Source: Octopus vulgaris (Eukaryota). From it: a stretch of DNA of 64,000 nt. Of this stretch, positions 29,347 through 44,078 are shown piece by piece; within the stretch, counting starts at the first letter, position 1, and every line of letters begins with the position of its first letter. The DNA lies in assembly GCA_951406725.2 (NCBI GenBank), contig OX597818.1, forward strand, positions 31,620,001-31,684,000, written 5' to 3'. The notes under the pieces were generated by a model that was given only the letters and a program-made list of their open reading frames with translations, made no database searches and had not been told where the DNA came from. A program made the position numbers and the translations under genes.

Positions 29347-29859
29347 TTTACTAATAATCATTACCTTTGAAGGTTTTTATTCCCATGTTGGCCACTTGAT
29401 AAGATCGATAATTAAATTATCCTCATATATATATGACTCCAATTTTTTCCATTATATATAATGGAAAAATTTGGAGTCAACAAGATGTTTGGCAATGCAA
29501 GTTGGTAGTCGAGGTTACCCTGGGGAATGTTAATGTGATCTAAGCATTACAGGAACTTGCAGAAGAAGAGCCATGAAGAATAATGTAGAGTCTTATGAGA
29601 AGACAACATGACGATAGCTCTTGCTGAAAAGAGGTGATCAGTGAGTTTAATAGTATGCTACATGTACACATACGCAGATTTGATCAACGCTGGTCACGTT
29701 GTCTGAATGAGAGAGTGTTTGCTTTATGACTCGAAAAACGCAGTAACCTAAAGCTGCAACAGTGAGGATGCGTTCAAGTTTTGCATCTGTACGTTTGTTT
29801 GCTTATACGATCTTTTTTACGATGTCTTATATATACATATATATATATATATGATTATA

Positions 29860-30653
<794 letters not shown>

Positions 30654-31250
30654 ATGTGTGTGTATTTCTGCTTGTATTTGTCCCCCACTACCCCTGACAA
30701 CCGGTGTTACTTTGTCTCCGTCCTGTAACTTAGACGTACATCAAAAGGGATTAAGTAGAATAAGACCAGAAAGTACTGGAAAGAAACAGTTAGATTAGAA
30801 CCATTAAAAGTAGTATCCCGCCATGGTCGTAGTCCAATGACTGAAACAAGTAAAAGATGAAAGATAAAATACACACACACGCACACGCACGCACACACGC
30901 ACGTGTGTGTATGACCTTACTTATACGATCGCACATGTCTACGTAAAAGAAATCACTCTCCCTGTAAATGCATGTTTAATGGGCAAAGTGAAGTTCCAGT
31001 GAACCTGTTACATATGGAAATAAATAGGATTATAGACTGGTGTATTATTACGGATCCACTGAAGTGAAACTTTCTGACGCTAAACAAACATCTGAGAACG
31101 GAATATGATACATCGTATAGCTAGCTACAGTGCCGACAAGCCCCTCGTACATCTGAGTACAGTTTGAACAACGAGAAACCAAACGCATTCTGGGTTGGGT
31201 TTCATCGATACAATACTCGTTTCTTGAATATTCTATGCTTGTTTATTCAT

Positions 31251-31316
<66 letters not shown>

Positions 31317-31402
31317 TTGACAAGTTCGAGAAAGGAACGAAAACACTAACAATAATAAAGAAATAAAAAATTTTTTTTCCCAAATTCTGACTTTTTTCTC
31401 AA

Positions 31403-31517
<115 letters not shown>

Positions 31518-31889
31518 TATATATATGCATGTATATATATATACATATACACACTCACATCGATATGTATCTGTTTTTCTGTTTTATGTAGGCATACTTT
31601 GGTATTTCATATTTATATGATTTTTAATACACATAAAATGTGAAAAGAATATCATTATTAAAGCTTGATGGAGCCTCATCTAATATTCACCAAATAAAGA
31701 GCGTTCTCGTTTCTTATATTAGGGAAATATCAGCCATTTACAAGATCATAACTTTACAGTTCCATTATATAGCCAACTAAAGTTAAATTCAATATTCTGC
31801 CCCGATGCACCACAAAATTTATTTGATATAATATCGAGAAATTTTAACCTCTTTATCAACATCTCATCAATTCCGTCAATCTCTCTGTA

Positions 31890-32154
31890 TTAGACTGGTG
31901 CATAATTATTGCGTCTTTTTAAAAATAAATTTTATTCAACAAAACGCCTATTTAATCAAAACGCCAATTTAATCAAAACGCCAATTTAAACAAAACGCCT
32001 ATTTAATCAAAACGCCAAGCAGAAATTGAAGTAGATGGTGAATATGCTCCGGAATAATCATTTAAAGCTATTTTTGTTAAATGTTATTATTTCTGTTGAA
32101 TAAAATTTATGGAAAAAAAAAAAAAACAGCCGCAATAATATTGCACCAACCGAA
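31890..32154 (+). mobile_element. Mariner-derived MITE / internal deletion derivative
   Basis: TA-flanked imperfect TIRs ttagactggtgcataattattgcg / cgcaataatattgcaccaaccgaa resemble Hsmar1-type TIRs. Retains a transposase C-terminus (AEIEVDGEYAPE*) and a 17-bp internal tandem (aaaacgcc[t/a]atttaatc) of ~4.5 copies. Confidence 0.75.
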
Positions 32155-33079
32155 TATATTTTCCGTACACTTTACTACCTGAAATCCATTCCGATGCTTG
32201 TACTAAAATTTTAATTCTCTTATTCGCTTCAATATTATCTTGAAATTTTCTGTGATATTGATATAAACTTAAATGCATGCTTCCCTAGTTGTAGTTAATT
32301 TTATGGCTATCCACAATTTCGGATTTTCATAGATCTGTATTTCCTGTGTTTATGGACTTTATCTTGCGTGTATGCGTTGGCTGTTGTGTTTGTTATTGTT
32401 GTCTAACTGTATACCAGCAACAGTGGGACATGTCTATGGTCAAATGTATTACCATAGTTGCTATTCCATTTTTTATCTCTCAAGCGTATCACGTACTTCA
32501 TTATGAAATACATATGACCGCTTTTATAACTTTGGGATAATATTTGAAGGAGATTTGGTTGTTATTTCAACTGCTCGGCTTTGGGTCTCAAGATAGATAC
32601 TTCAGGTCGAGACAATCGGCAGGACACTTAAGAGTACACCATAAGCAAGATCATTGAATAATAGCCATACTCTCAGTATGGGAATCAAGCAGGGAACTTT
32701 TATGACGGTTGTTTTTGATAGAACCTTGCAGAAGAGGTTCCTGGAGACTCTTCTTCCATAACAATTTCACGAATCGCTGGCGGGGAAAATCGATGGATGG
32801 AATATCAAGCTCAGTGAATTGATGATAGATCGAGTGATCAACTAACAAATTTTTACTAATCATAAAACCTGAACTAGTTTCCATCCTTTATCAAATCTAT
32901 CTGCAACATCATAAATGTGAGTCTAAAACGGTAAAGCGGGCTACTTGAATAACCGACAGATGTCTCAATAGCTGGCAATACTTGAATATTGAAAGAATAC
33001 TAACACTAATAATATTCTTAAAAACACAATTACTGTAGATTGGTAGAAGCTGATAGACTATATGCATTGTATTTCTTTT

Positions 33080-33590
33080 GTTACTTGTATTTAATTTCTG
33101 TTTCAAAATCCATCAAGGTCAAATTCGCTTATCACCTGTTTGTAAACTGAGCACACAACATGTACATAAACTTTGCAATCCAGAGGTATCTCTTCCCGCC
33201 AATATGGATAGTCAGTATTATCCAAGAAACCACCACTATTAATGACCGACTATTCATCTCTGTGTTACAGAAGCAATCAATCAAATGTTTGTATTTAGAT
33301 AGTATTTTGTTTCACATTTTGGGGCTTAGTTTAACGAAAGTATTAAGAGTTTCAGGACTTTCAACAAGTCAATTCATAAAATACTATATTTTTCAACACA
33401 TCCAACACAATCTTCTTCTCATGTGGTTCAACACTAACAGACAAAATAGTACATATTTCAACAACATACAGATATTTCCAAACGCATAGCAACCCATACA
33501 AAAAGGAACTACAGCTCAGATACGAGATAATTTTAAATGAATTTAAAGAAAAATAATGTGGTTGTTTGACATAGAAATACATGTTTTGTG
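33080..33590 (+). pseudogene. Possible highly decayed PLE thumb/linker relic
   Basis: Ordered fragments YINF...PPI, TTINDRL(SSL) and MWFN resemble PLE post-RT motifs, but there are many frameshifts. Confidence 0.3.
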
Positions 33591-35683
33591 TTATACTGGT
33601 AAACCAAAATATTGATTTCAAATTTTGGCTCAAGCCTAGCAATTTCAGGGAAGTGGATAAGACAATTATATCGTCCCCAGTGTTCAACTAGCACTTATTT
33701 TATCGATCCCGAAAGGATAATAGTGAACCTCAGCGGAATTTGAACTCAGAGGTTTCTTTTCATTGGTCCTTTCAACTAACGGTCTTTTCTAAACAATGAT
33801 GATGTACATGAAAGGTTTCAAATCATATGTAAAATCAAAGAAAACCTTAAACCAAATATCAAAATCTCAAAAGTAACTGCAGTTAGAAGGGGAAAAATAT
33901 ATACTCAGAATAAATTAATTAATGGTAAAATAAGTTTAATTAAAAATAAACGTAAGTCTGTTTAGTATAATATTCACTTACATAAATCTAACGGCCTAAA
34001 ATAAACACACATTACTTGTACAGATGCACATATGTACTCTAATAATATATATATATATACATTGACTTGGCAAAAACACATCTTCAACGTAAGCACAAAT
34101 GCATCATAAAATTCCTGTGTAGAGTCAGTAACTACTAAGTCATTTTAAATCTTGGATCAAACTGATCGTGGAATAATTTTCAGATGTGTGGGACTGTTTG
34201 TGCTACACAAAGAGAGCCGCAGCATTCCCGGCCGCATCCCAAAATGTGACTTGTCTGATATGCATGGCGTTACTCACCAAAAGATTCCAACCTTTGGTTC
34301 ATATATGTGATGTATGGTCTCACTGCATTTTTTGTCGCTACTACATTGGCCTATGCGCTTCAGATTTTGCTGGTCTCCTGTAATCTCCGCTCAAATACCC
34401 ACAACAAATTTTCTCAAGTGTTTTTATTGTTTTCTGTGATATGTAAATACGATAAGTCCAGATACGTGCTCGGAACGTAATTGAAGAACAGTTTACCATG
34501 TTGTGATGGCTAATTATGTTGAATAGGGGTTTTCTTGTAATGATCTGTTGTAAATAACCTGGAGAGATACACAGTTTCATTATTGCATCCGTTTTTTGGT
34601 GTAAATGGGGTTTACTTTTAGTGCCTCTTTTTCATCCATTTATTACCTGTATCGTACCAGGATGTGCTGTTTGCGTTCAGGTATTTATCTAACAATGATG
34701 CTGTGAAGTGTTTATAGTGCAGTATGTACTTCAAATGTTTAACACGGGGAATAGGGTGGTTAGTGGCATACACATATCTATTACATTCCTGGCTTTTATT
34801 TTGAATGCTTGTATATCTTTCTGATGCTGTCTGTGCTTTCAACGATCCCAGTGTCGGACTGTGTTTCCATGTATAGATGCATTCATTCATATATGTTATA
34901 CTGTCTTCTATGAAACTTGATATATTAATTATCGTTATGTAATTTTATATATGAGATCTGTTTGCGGTTTGTGAGTTAGTTTCTTAAATAATTACGACAT
35001 AAACATTGTATGTAATGATTTAAGTTCTTGGTTCCGTGAAATTGTTATTATGCCCTTAGTGCTCTATTGCAGTGTGTTTATATTGTTTGTATATTGTTTA
35101 CATGTATATAATATTTAAATGTTTACATGATGTTTATTGATAACACCTAGGTGATCCCGTGTCAAACTTGTAAATTACTTATGTCTACTTTATTGCTCGT
35201 ATTCACTGCACGAGAATGAATGTGGAAACGGAAATAATGACGAATCTTCCTGCTTTATATGATGTGGAGTTTTATGATTCAAAGACTGTTTATGTCAGTG
35301 TTTGATACTATGTGCTTTCAATTGATATATTTGTAAGTCGTCGCTTTTAGATTTTTACCATGTTTAAAGTTTAACTAACTGCTTTCTTCATATTCATCTA
35401 ATATAGCTCCTTTTAATGAAACTATCGATATAAAAATAACAACGTTGCCTTCGTTTACTTTTCCAAGTATATAATATTTATCTAACATGAAAATAAACTG
35501 GAAAAGAAAAAATAAACAAACAACTGACAAAGCATGCAATTCTTTTTATTTCTAATTGCTTTGCGGCAATATTCAAAAATTAATGTTTATCGAAAATTCT
35601 AAAATTTGGTACATTTATGTAGTTTTCCGAGCTGAATCGTTTAGAGTTATTTCACTTTTTCAGAAATTAAAAAAAAAACTTAT

Positions 35684-36090
35684 AGGCGTAGGAGTGGCTG
35701 TGTAGTAAGTAGCTTGTTTACCAGCCAAATGGTTCCGGGTTCAGTCCCACTGCGTGGCACCTTGGACAAGTGTCTTCTACTAAAGCCTCGGGTCGACCAA
35801 AACCTTGTGAGTGGATTTGGTAGACGGAAACTGAAAGAATCCCGTCGTATATATGTATACATATATATGTGTGTATATGTTTATGTGTCTGTGTTTGTCC
35901 CCCCAACATCGCTTGACAACCGATGCCGGTGTGTTTACGTCACCGTAACCTAGCGGTTCGGCTAAAGAGACCGATAGAATAAGTACTAGGCTTACAAAGA
36001 ATAAGTCTTGGTGTCAATCTGCTCGACTAAAGGTGGTGCTCCAGCATGGCCACAGTCAAATGACTGAAACAGGTAAAAGAGTAAAAGAGT
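35684..36090 (+). mobile_element. tRNA-derived SINE family A, full length
   Basis: Head ggagtggctgtg…gggttcagtccc, internal TA/TG microsatellite, tail (gtaaaaga)n. Flanked by a 164-bp direct repeat. Confidence 0.88.
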
Positions 36091-36699
36091 AACTGACAAA
36101 GCATGCCATTCTTTTTATTTCTAATTACTTTGCGGCAATATTCAAAAATTAAAGTTTATCGAAATTTCTAAAATTTGGTACATTAATGTAGTTTTCTGAG
36201 CTGAATTGTTAGAGTTATTTCACTTTTCCAGAATTTTTCTTAAAAAACTTATAGTCAGGAAATAGGGTTTGCAAGGTTTGTCAACATCCTGGAAATAGCA
36301 GGTTGTTAATATTTGTATTCTGCACGCAGAAAAGGAGGAAACAACAGATCTTTTGTAGTTTTAAGCATTCAATATGCATTCACTGTGATAAACAGCACAT
36401 TACAAATTAAATATTAAGAAAAAAAAAAAACATTGAAGCATTCGATATACATTTTAGTGGGTATAACAGTAGAACATAGCGTCAACAAACCGTCTCAGTA
36501 TATTTCTCAACACGTGCTTTCTGGTAGACGAAAGAGTTCTCATGTTCGGCTTGTTACTATGGAAACAAGAATGTGTCTTTGGCTTACGATTGACTAAAAT
36601 TACCAAAAATGTTCAAACTTTAATAGCTAATAACTCTTTATTTACATGATTTACATTATTTACATTTGACGGATATTTGTCCTCATCGTGTTTGTTGTT

Positions 36700-36747
36700 A
36701 ACACAACGTTACGGCTGATATACCCTCCAGCCTTCATCAGATGTGTT
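36700..36747 (-). ncRNA. Hammerhead ribozyme motif (left arm)
   Basis: aacacat CTGATGA A GGCTG gagggtatat CAGCC GTAA CG TT gtgtt: canonical CUGAUGA and a 5-bp stem II, with GAAA mutated to GTAA. Confidence 0.72.
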
Positions 36748-36794
36748 GGGGAAATTTCGAACCTGGTTTCTCATTCCTAAGGTATTTTTCGATG

Positions 36795-36868
<74 letters not shown>

Positions 36869-36921
36869 TAGGTCACTGCCTGGAATCGAACTCGGAATCT
36901 TGGGGTTAGTAGCCCGCGCTC

Positions 36922-36994
<73 letters not shown>

Positions 36995-37043
36995 CATCGA
37001 AAAATACCTTAGGAATGAGAACCCAGGTTCGAAATTTCCCCAA

Positions 37044-37089
37044 GACACCTTATGAAGCCTGGGGGGTATATCAGCTGAAACGCTGTGTT
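37044..37089 (+). ncRNA. Hammerhead ribozyme motif (right arm)
   Basis: gacac CTTATGA A GCCTG gggggtatat CAGCT GAAA CG CT gtgtt: GAAA is intact and the lesions differ from those in the left arm. Confidence 0.68.
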
Positions 37090-37589
37090 AATAACAAACA
37101 AGATGAGGACAAATATCCATCAAATGTAAATAAAGTAAATAATTGCCACTCTCTTAAATATAGAACTGAACTCTTTATTAATTTATAGCGAAGAGGATTT
37201 TCATGGCATTGATTAGCCTAAAAAGGTGTGCCTCTATACTGAATATGAAATCAATTTGGACAGAAACTGAATTTCGCACAGCGATACAAATAAATAATTG
37301 TTAAAACTCAAGAGAATAAAGCGTTAGGCATGAACAAAGCACAAAATTAATTATTGAATGACAAGGGAAGAAGAATTAGATAATCAACCTCATTTACCTT
37401 GTACCCGTTTCTGCCATAAGAATCAGTGCACTCAGATAGGTATGCTTGCGCAACATCTTAGAGCTTCGTCGGAATCTTGTAAAGGCAGTGTAAGCTCATT
37501 TTGGAAATCGACATAGCAATGATTACCTTCGGAACACTATATATACGTAAATAATGTATTACGGTTTAACGGTGATATATAATACATAC

Positions 37590-37629
<40 letters not shown>

Positions 37630-37729
37630 GCATACATACACACGTTTGTTGAATATACAAGGTAGGGTACCAAAGTCCCAATTCCTATTAATTTGCTCAT
37701 GTTTATTCATCATAGATACATACATGAAG

Positions 37730-37813
<84 letters not shown>

Positions 37814-37852
37814 GTATATATATATATATATATACATATATATAATATATAA

Positions 37853-37884
<32 letters not shown>

Positions 37885-37943
37885 GTATATGTGTCTATAT
37901 ATATATATATACATACATGCATACACACATATATATGTGTGTG

Positions 37944-37998
<55 letters not shown>

Positions 37999-38539
37999 CG
38001 TATATTTATACTTTCTACTTTGTTTCTTTTCGACTGTCTGAGAATAGATGCAAGTCTTGAAAATCCATTAAATTCCAGAATTGAAAACCATCTCAAATAA
38101 TAAAACCGTTCGATGAAATGTATTCACCCTTATTTTAAAGACCCAAGAGCTATGGAGATTCAAACTGTGAATGTAATTGTGAGAAACTAAATACTATATT
38201 ACATTTTGTCAATGATGTAACGTGATTGTCAAGTCAGCATCTTATATATTTCGACTCGATGTGGTTTCGAATAAACGTGGGCGTCCCTACTCCTATTTAC
38301 AACCAACTAGAAATAACAGGCAATTTTTTTTTCAAACTGCACCATTGTGTCGGAAATGTATTATATAACGTTGGATATATATACAGCAAAGACAGAATGG
38401 TTAAAGCTGGGACATATTAAGTCTATGTGATTGGATTTATACAGCTCTATGTGATTGGGTTTATACAACAAAAACGGTACCAGTATAAGTAGCAACAACT
38501 ATTAAAACCGTTTTTTAAGAGCTCAAAGAAGTCTCTAAG

Positions 38540-38720
38540 TCGCTGAAGAAAATAGCAGCAGTTATCTCTCTCAAATCATATCCTAGAGTTTTAGAAAACG
38601 GAGGACGCATTGGTAATGTAATCTATAATAAAAAAAAACTAAAATTATTGTGGCATAGTCACAGCTGAAAGATCTTTAGTCATGGTACTGCTCATTCAGG
38701 GTTCAGAAAAGGGTTAAATA
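38540..38720 (+). repeat. Old dispersed repeat (aaatagcagc…ctcaaatca…cattgg[a]taatgta…tttgatcatagg…aacaacaac)
   Basis: Similar degenerate segments at ~3466-3600, 6145-6321, 26870-26910 and 53405-53620, and on the minus strand at ~24725-25025. Confidence 0.55.
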
Positions 38721-39013
38721 ACAGAAGTAGCAACAGCAACAGGAACGAACAAGAACAAGAACAACAACAACAGCAACACCGGCAGTTACAAAAACAACTA
38801 ATATTATTTTGGTTTTTAATATAACATAGTCCTTATATTACATACGAAACGGAGGAGGGTTGTTTGGCAGCCCCGATTCGTTTCCATGCCAGGAAAACAT
38901 CACCAACATGAGAGGTATATTAGTTTGCACAAGGAATGGAATTTAGATCAAGGCATCGACATTACGAAATTACGTCAAGTTGGCCCATGTTCTGTACCAC
39001 AAATAGGTATTCG

Positions 39014-39075
<62 letters not shown>

Positions 39076-39133
39076 CGTACGTACATACATACATTCATAC
39101 ATACATACATACATACATACATACATACATACA

Positions 39134-39164
<31 letters not shown>

Positions 39165-39491
39165 CACGAAAATAAGCAACAGGATATCAAGAAGATATAC
39201 ACAGTCTATTTTAGCTACAATAGCGTCAACATGGATTTCATCCATATTCGTGTTCTGTTAAAGTATTTGGGAAAACATATATTAAAGTGTCCAACTGATT
39301 GTAATTCTATTTATTTTTGCAGCTGATGGTATGTCTGCATTTAAATTGATGTAATGATTGCATTGTTCAATTAAATGGAGCCATCGCAAACGGTCGTATT
39401 GCACCACTTCTTGATATCCCGTTGCTTATTTTAATTTTATTCATCTTGGCGTTTTAAATTAAGTACCTAATTCAACTGAATCTCAATTATT

Positions 39492-39590
<99 letters not shown>

Positions 39591-39680
39591 CATATATATA
39601 AATATACATATATATACATATACATATATGTATGTATATATACATATACATACATATACATAAATACATACACATATATA

Positions 39681-40034
<354 letters not shown>

Positions 40035-40367
40035 CTTCCACACACGAACTCATATAAAGAATCTTGCAATTTAAGTATATATACATACATACTTAGAAAT
40101 TATGGTCGGTCATAGAATGATCTAGATCCACTTTCTAAAAGCTGTGTACAATATGTATTTCGCCTAATATATTTTTGCTTTTACTGCTCTAAACGTTTCA
40201 GACACTGTGCTGGGATCAGACAGGAGATCCATCTCAAAGAACTGAAATTCATTTTCTGCTACTTATTTCGTGTAAAGCACAAGATGTAATGTAAAGGGAG
40301 CTCACTCAGTCTTACAGAAATACCACTGGGGATATATCAATTTTTCTTTACTTCTTCACTACCCATC

Positions 40368-40781
40368 TCTTTACTCTTTTTACTCTTTTACTTGTTTCAG
40401 TCATTTGACTGCGGCCATGCTGGAGCACCGCTTTTAGTCGAGCAAATCGACCCCGGAATTTATTCTTTGTAAGCCCAGTACTTATTCTATCGGTCTCTTT
40501 TGCCGAACCGCTAAGTGACGGGGACGTAACACACCAGCTTCGGTTGTCAAGCAATGCTAGGGGGACAAACACAGACACACAAACACATACACACACATAC
40601 ATATATATATATATACATACATATATACGACAGGCTTCTTTCAGTTTCCGTCTACCAAATCAACTCACAAGGCATTGGTCGGCCCGGGGCTATAGCAGAA
40701 GACACTTGCCCAAGATGCCACGCAGTGGGACTGAACCCGGAACCATGTGGCTGGTTAGCAAGCTACTTACCACACAGCCAC
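40368..40781 (-). mobile_element. SINE family A copy
   Basis: Reverse complement of the family A sequence. Confidence 0.87.
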
Positions 40782-41065
40782 GTGTACTTTTTCCGACTTA
40801 GAGTGTCGTGATTTGAAAGTATTTCCATACACTTTCTCACTAGTCAAGAAGGAATGAAGTTGACCTTAAAAACTGGGATCAATTTAGTAATACAGTTCTA
40901 TATTACATAATTCCTCATGGGGTCAATTTGTATTAGTATTTGCATGAGAGACGGAAGCAGTAGCTTAGTGACCACAATTGCGTTTTTGCATCATACGTTA
41001 ACCTAAAGTTATTTTTGATATTATTACAGTATTATTACCGATATTGTAGTTTCCCTTTCATCTGG

Positions 41066-41400
41066 TGCTCCAGAACTTATTCTTTGTAGGCCTAGTACTT
41101 ATTCTATTGGGCTCTTTTACCGAACCGCTAAGTTACGGTGTCAAAAACACCCCAGCATCGGTTTCAAGCGATGGTGGTGGTGGTGGTGGGCAAACACAGA
41201 CATACACACACGCATACACTCACGCGCGCACACACATATGTATATACGACGGGCTTCGTTCAGTTTCCGTCTACCAAATCCACTCACAGGGCTGTGGTCG
41301 GTACGAGGCAACAGTAGGAGACACTTACCTAAGGTACCAAGCAGAGGGACTGAACCCAGAACCATGTGGTTGGGAAGTAAGATTTTTACCACACAGGCAC
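41066..41400 (-). mobile_element. SINE family A copy (older)
   Basis: Reverse complement of family A, diverged. Confidence 0.78.
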
Positions 41401-41720
41401 ACCCCCACTCACACACCCAAACACACACACAGACACACTCTCACACACACATGTACAACAGGCTCCAAAGTGGCTGGTGTCGGTCTGCATCAGAAGATTT
41501 ATAATATGTTGTGATATAGATAAGAACAGTAAAATGAATTTACCGCGAAGAGTAGAAACGTTGAAAGAAGAGAACTTAATGAAGGAGAACAGCGTTTTAC
41601 GTCGCTTAAATAAAACTCTACTGTATCTCATCATTAATTTATTTCCTTTCAACTTGAAGAAAGTTCTTATCTGAAACGTTGGATCTTTTGTTCTCCGCGG
41701 CAAGTTCACTTTAATTCTCC

Positions 41721-41785
<65 letters not shown>

Positions 41786-41945
41786 GCCGAAATTGCAAAG
41801 ATAATCTGGAACTCGACTGAGGATAGAAAACTCCGAATGACCCATCCATGTTTTCTTTGCATCGTCTGTCTGGATGTTTTGCGTTCTTGTCCCATTTTTG
41901 TATTTCTATGTATAAAAAATGATAGCGGCGTATGTACACTTTGAT

Positions 41946-42004
<59 letters not shown>

Positions 42005-42231
42005 ATCTATATATTGGTGCAGGAATGGCTGTGTGTTATGAAGTTTGATAATTTCCCAATCACATGGTTCTGGGTTCCATCGCACTGCATGGTACCTTGG
42101 ACAAGTGTACCCTACTATTGCCTGGAGACAATCATAAACCTTGTAAGTGGATTTGGTAGAGGAAACCTGAAAGAAGCCCGTCACACACACACACTCACAC
42201 ATACACACACACACCCCAAACCACACACACT

Positions 42232-42291
<60 letters not shown>

Positions 42292-42310
42292 CATATATAC
42301 ATATACATAT

Positions 42311-42720
42311 AGGCGCAGGAGTGGCTGTGTGGCAAGCAGCTTGCTAACCAAACACATGGTTCCGGGTTCAGTCCCACTGCGTGGCATCTTGGGCAAGTGT
42401 CTTCTGCTATATCCCCGGGCCGACCAATGCCTTGTGAGTAGATTTGGTAGACGGAAACTGAAAGAAGCCTGTCGTATATATGTATATATATATGTATATA
42501 TGTGTATGTGTTTGTGTGTCTGTGTTTGTCTCCCTAGCATTGCTTGACAACCGATGCTGGTGTGTTTACGTCCCCGTCACTTATAGCGGTTCGTCAAAAG
42601 GGACTGATAGAATAAGTACTGGGCTTACAAAGAATAAGTCCTGTGGTCGATTTGCTCGACTAAAGGCGGTGCTCCAGCATGGCCGCAGTCAAATGACTGA
42701 AACAAGTAAAAGAGTAAAAG
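42311..42720 (+). mobile_element. SINE family A copy
   Basis: Same sequence as 35684-36090. A partial copy precedes it at ~42015-42185. Confidence 0.88.
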
Positions 42721-43339
42721 TGTATATACATATATATATATATAACATCCACACATGCATATATGGATACATCTTTTTGATGCCAATCGACTCTATACTG
42801 TTTTCTCCCCAATCGTTTTCTCCCTCATCCATTCTCTAATTCCTTTTTTTCTCTCCTTCACCGTTTTCTTTCTCTCTCTCTCTCCCTCTCTCTCCTTTTG
42901 TCTCTCTCTCTCTCTTGTATATATTATTTATATTATTATTTGATTGAACACCGCGCATCTATTTCCAAGTAAGTATATACATATATACAACGAAGCAAAA
43001 AAGAAAAATAGTGACAAATAGCATATATCCGACAAGAAATTGGAACACGTGTACTGGTCACTATACAAGTTAAATTCTTGATGTACAAATTAAGTTCAAG
43101 ATGAAGGAGCACTTGGCCACAAGATACTCGCAAGGAATTAAATATCCCGAATTAGCATTCCTTTATCATCTATTTCCCAGTGTATTGGTGTACGACCGTG
43201 CGTGTGAGTATTCGCACACGCGTCTGTATATCATTTTAGCTATAGCAGTCTATTATATATATAGTACATAAAAGATAAAATATATCGTACGGGGCCAAGG
43301 TAGGGACAGACATAAATTTTGACATCCATCCATACATAC

Positions 43340-44044
43340 GTATATGTATGCATGTATGTATGTATGTTAGTATGTATGTATGTATGTATGTATGTATGTA
43401 TGTATGTATGTATGTGTGTATGTATGTATGTATGTATGTATGTATGTATGTATGTATGTATGTATGTATGTATGTAGTTACAACTAAGCCGGCTATTACC
43501 GGTAAAAGTTTTAGTTGCCAATTCTGTACAAGACATTGTAGATCTTTAGCTGGGCTAAAAAGTCACATTCGATCACAGCACCAGTAACAGTTAAGCTTCA
43601 TGCAATGGCCATACTCGATAACGAGGGGGCAGCCATAATGTATGTATGTATGTATTTATGTATGTATGTATGTATGTATGTATGTATGTATGTATGTATG
43701 TATGTATGTATGTATGTATATATGTTTGTATGTTTGTATGTATGTATGTATGTATGTATGTATATATGTTTGTATGTATGTGTGTATGTATGTATGTATA
43801 TATGTTTGTATGTATGTGTGTATGTATGTATGTATGTGTGTATGTATGTATGTATGTATGTATGTATGTATGTATGTATGTACGTATGTGTGTATGTATG
43901 TATGTGTGTATGTATGTATGTATGTATGTTTGTATGTATGTATGTATGTATGTGTGTATGTATGTATGTATGTAAGTATGTATATATGTTTGTATGTATG
44001 TGTGTATGTATGTATGTATATATGTTTGTATGCATGTGTGTATG

Positions 44045-44078
<34 letters not shown>

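Larger units (their letters stand above)
36643..37168. mobile_element. Non-autonomous head-to-head inverted element: tRNA-derived head + (AAT)n + hammerhead motif
   Basis: Arms ~36648-36868 / 36922-37141 are reverse complements. The centre (36871-36925, minus) is tRNA-like with B box GAGTTCGATTCC. An 11-bp direct repeat aactctttatt sits at 36632-36642 and 37169-37179. Confidence 0.85.

Noticed and set aside
31941-32018. 17-bp repeats as a CRISPR-like array
   Set aside because: Contiguous tandem units with no spacers, inside a eukaryotic MITE.
36871-36925. Functional tRNA gene (also considered for the SINE heads)
   Set aside because: Incomplete cloverleaf, no acceptor stem pairing, and contiguous with repeat bodies.
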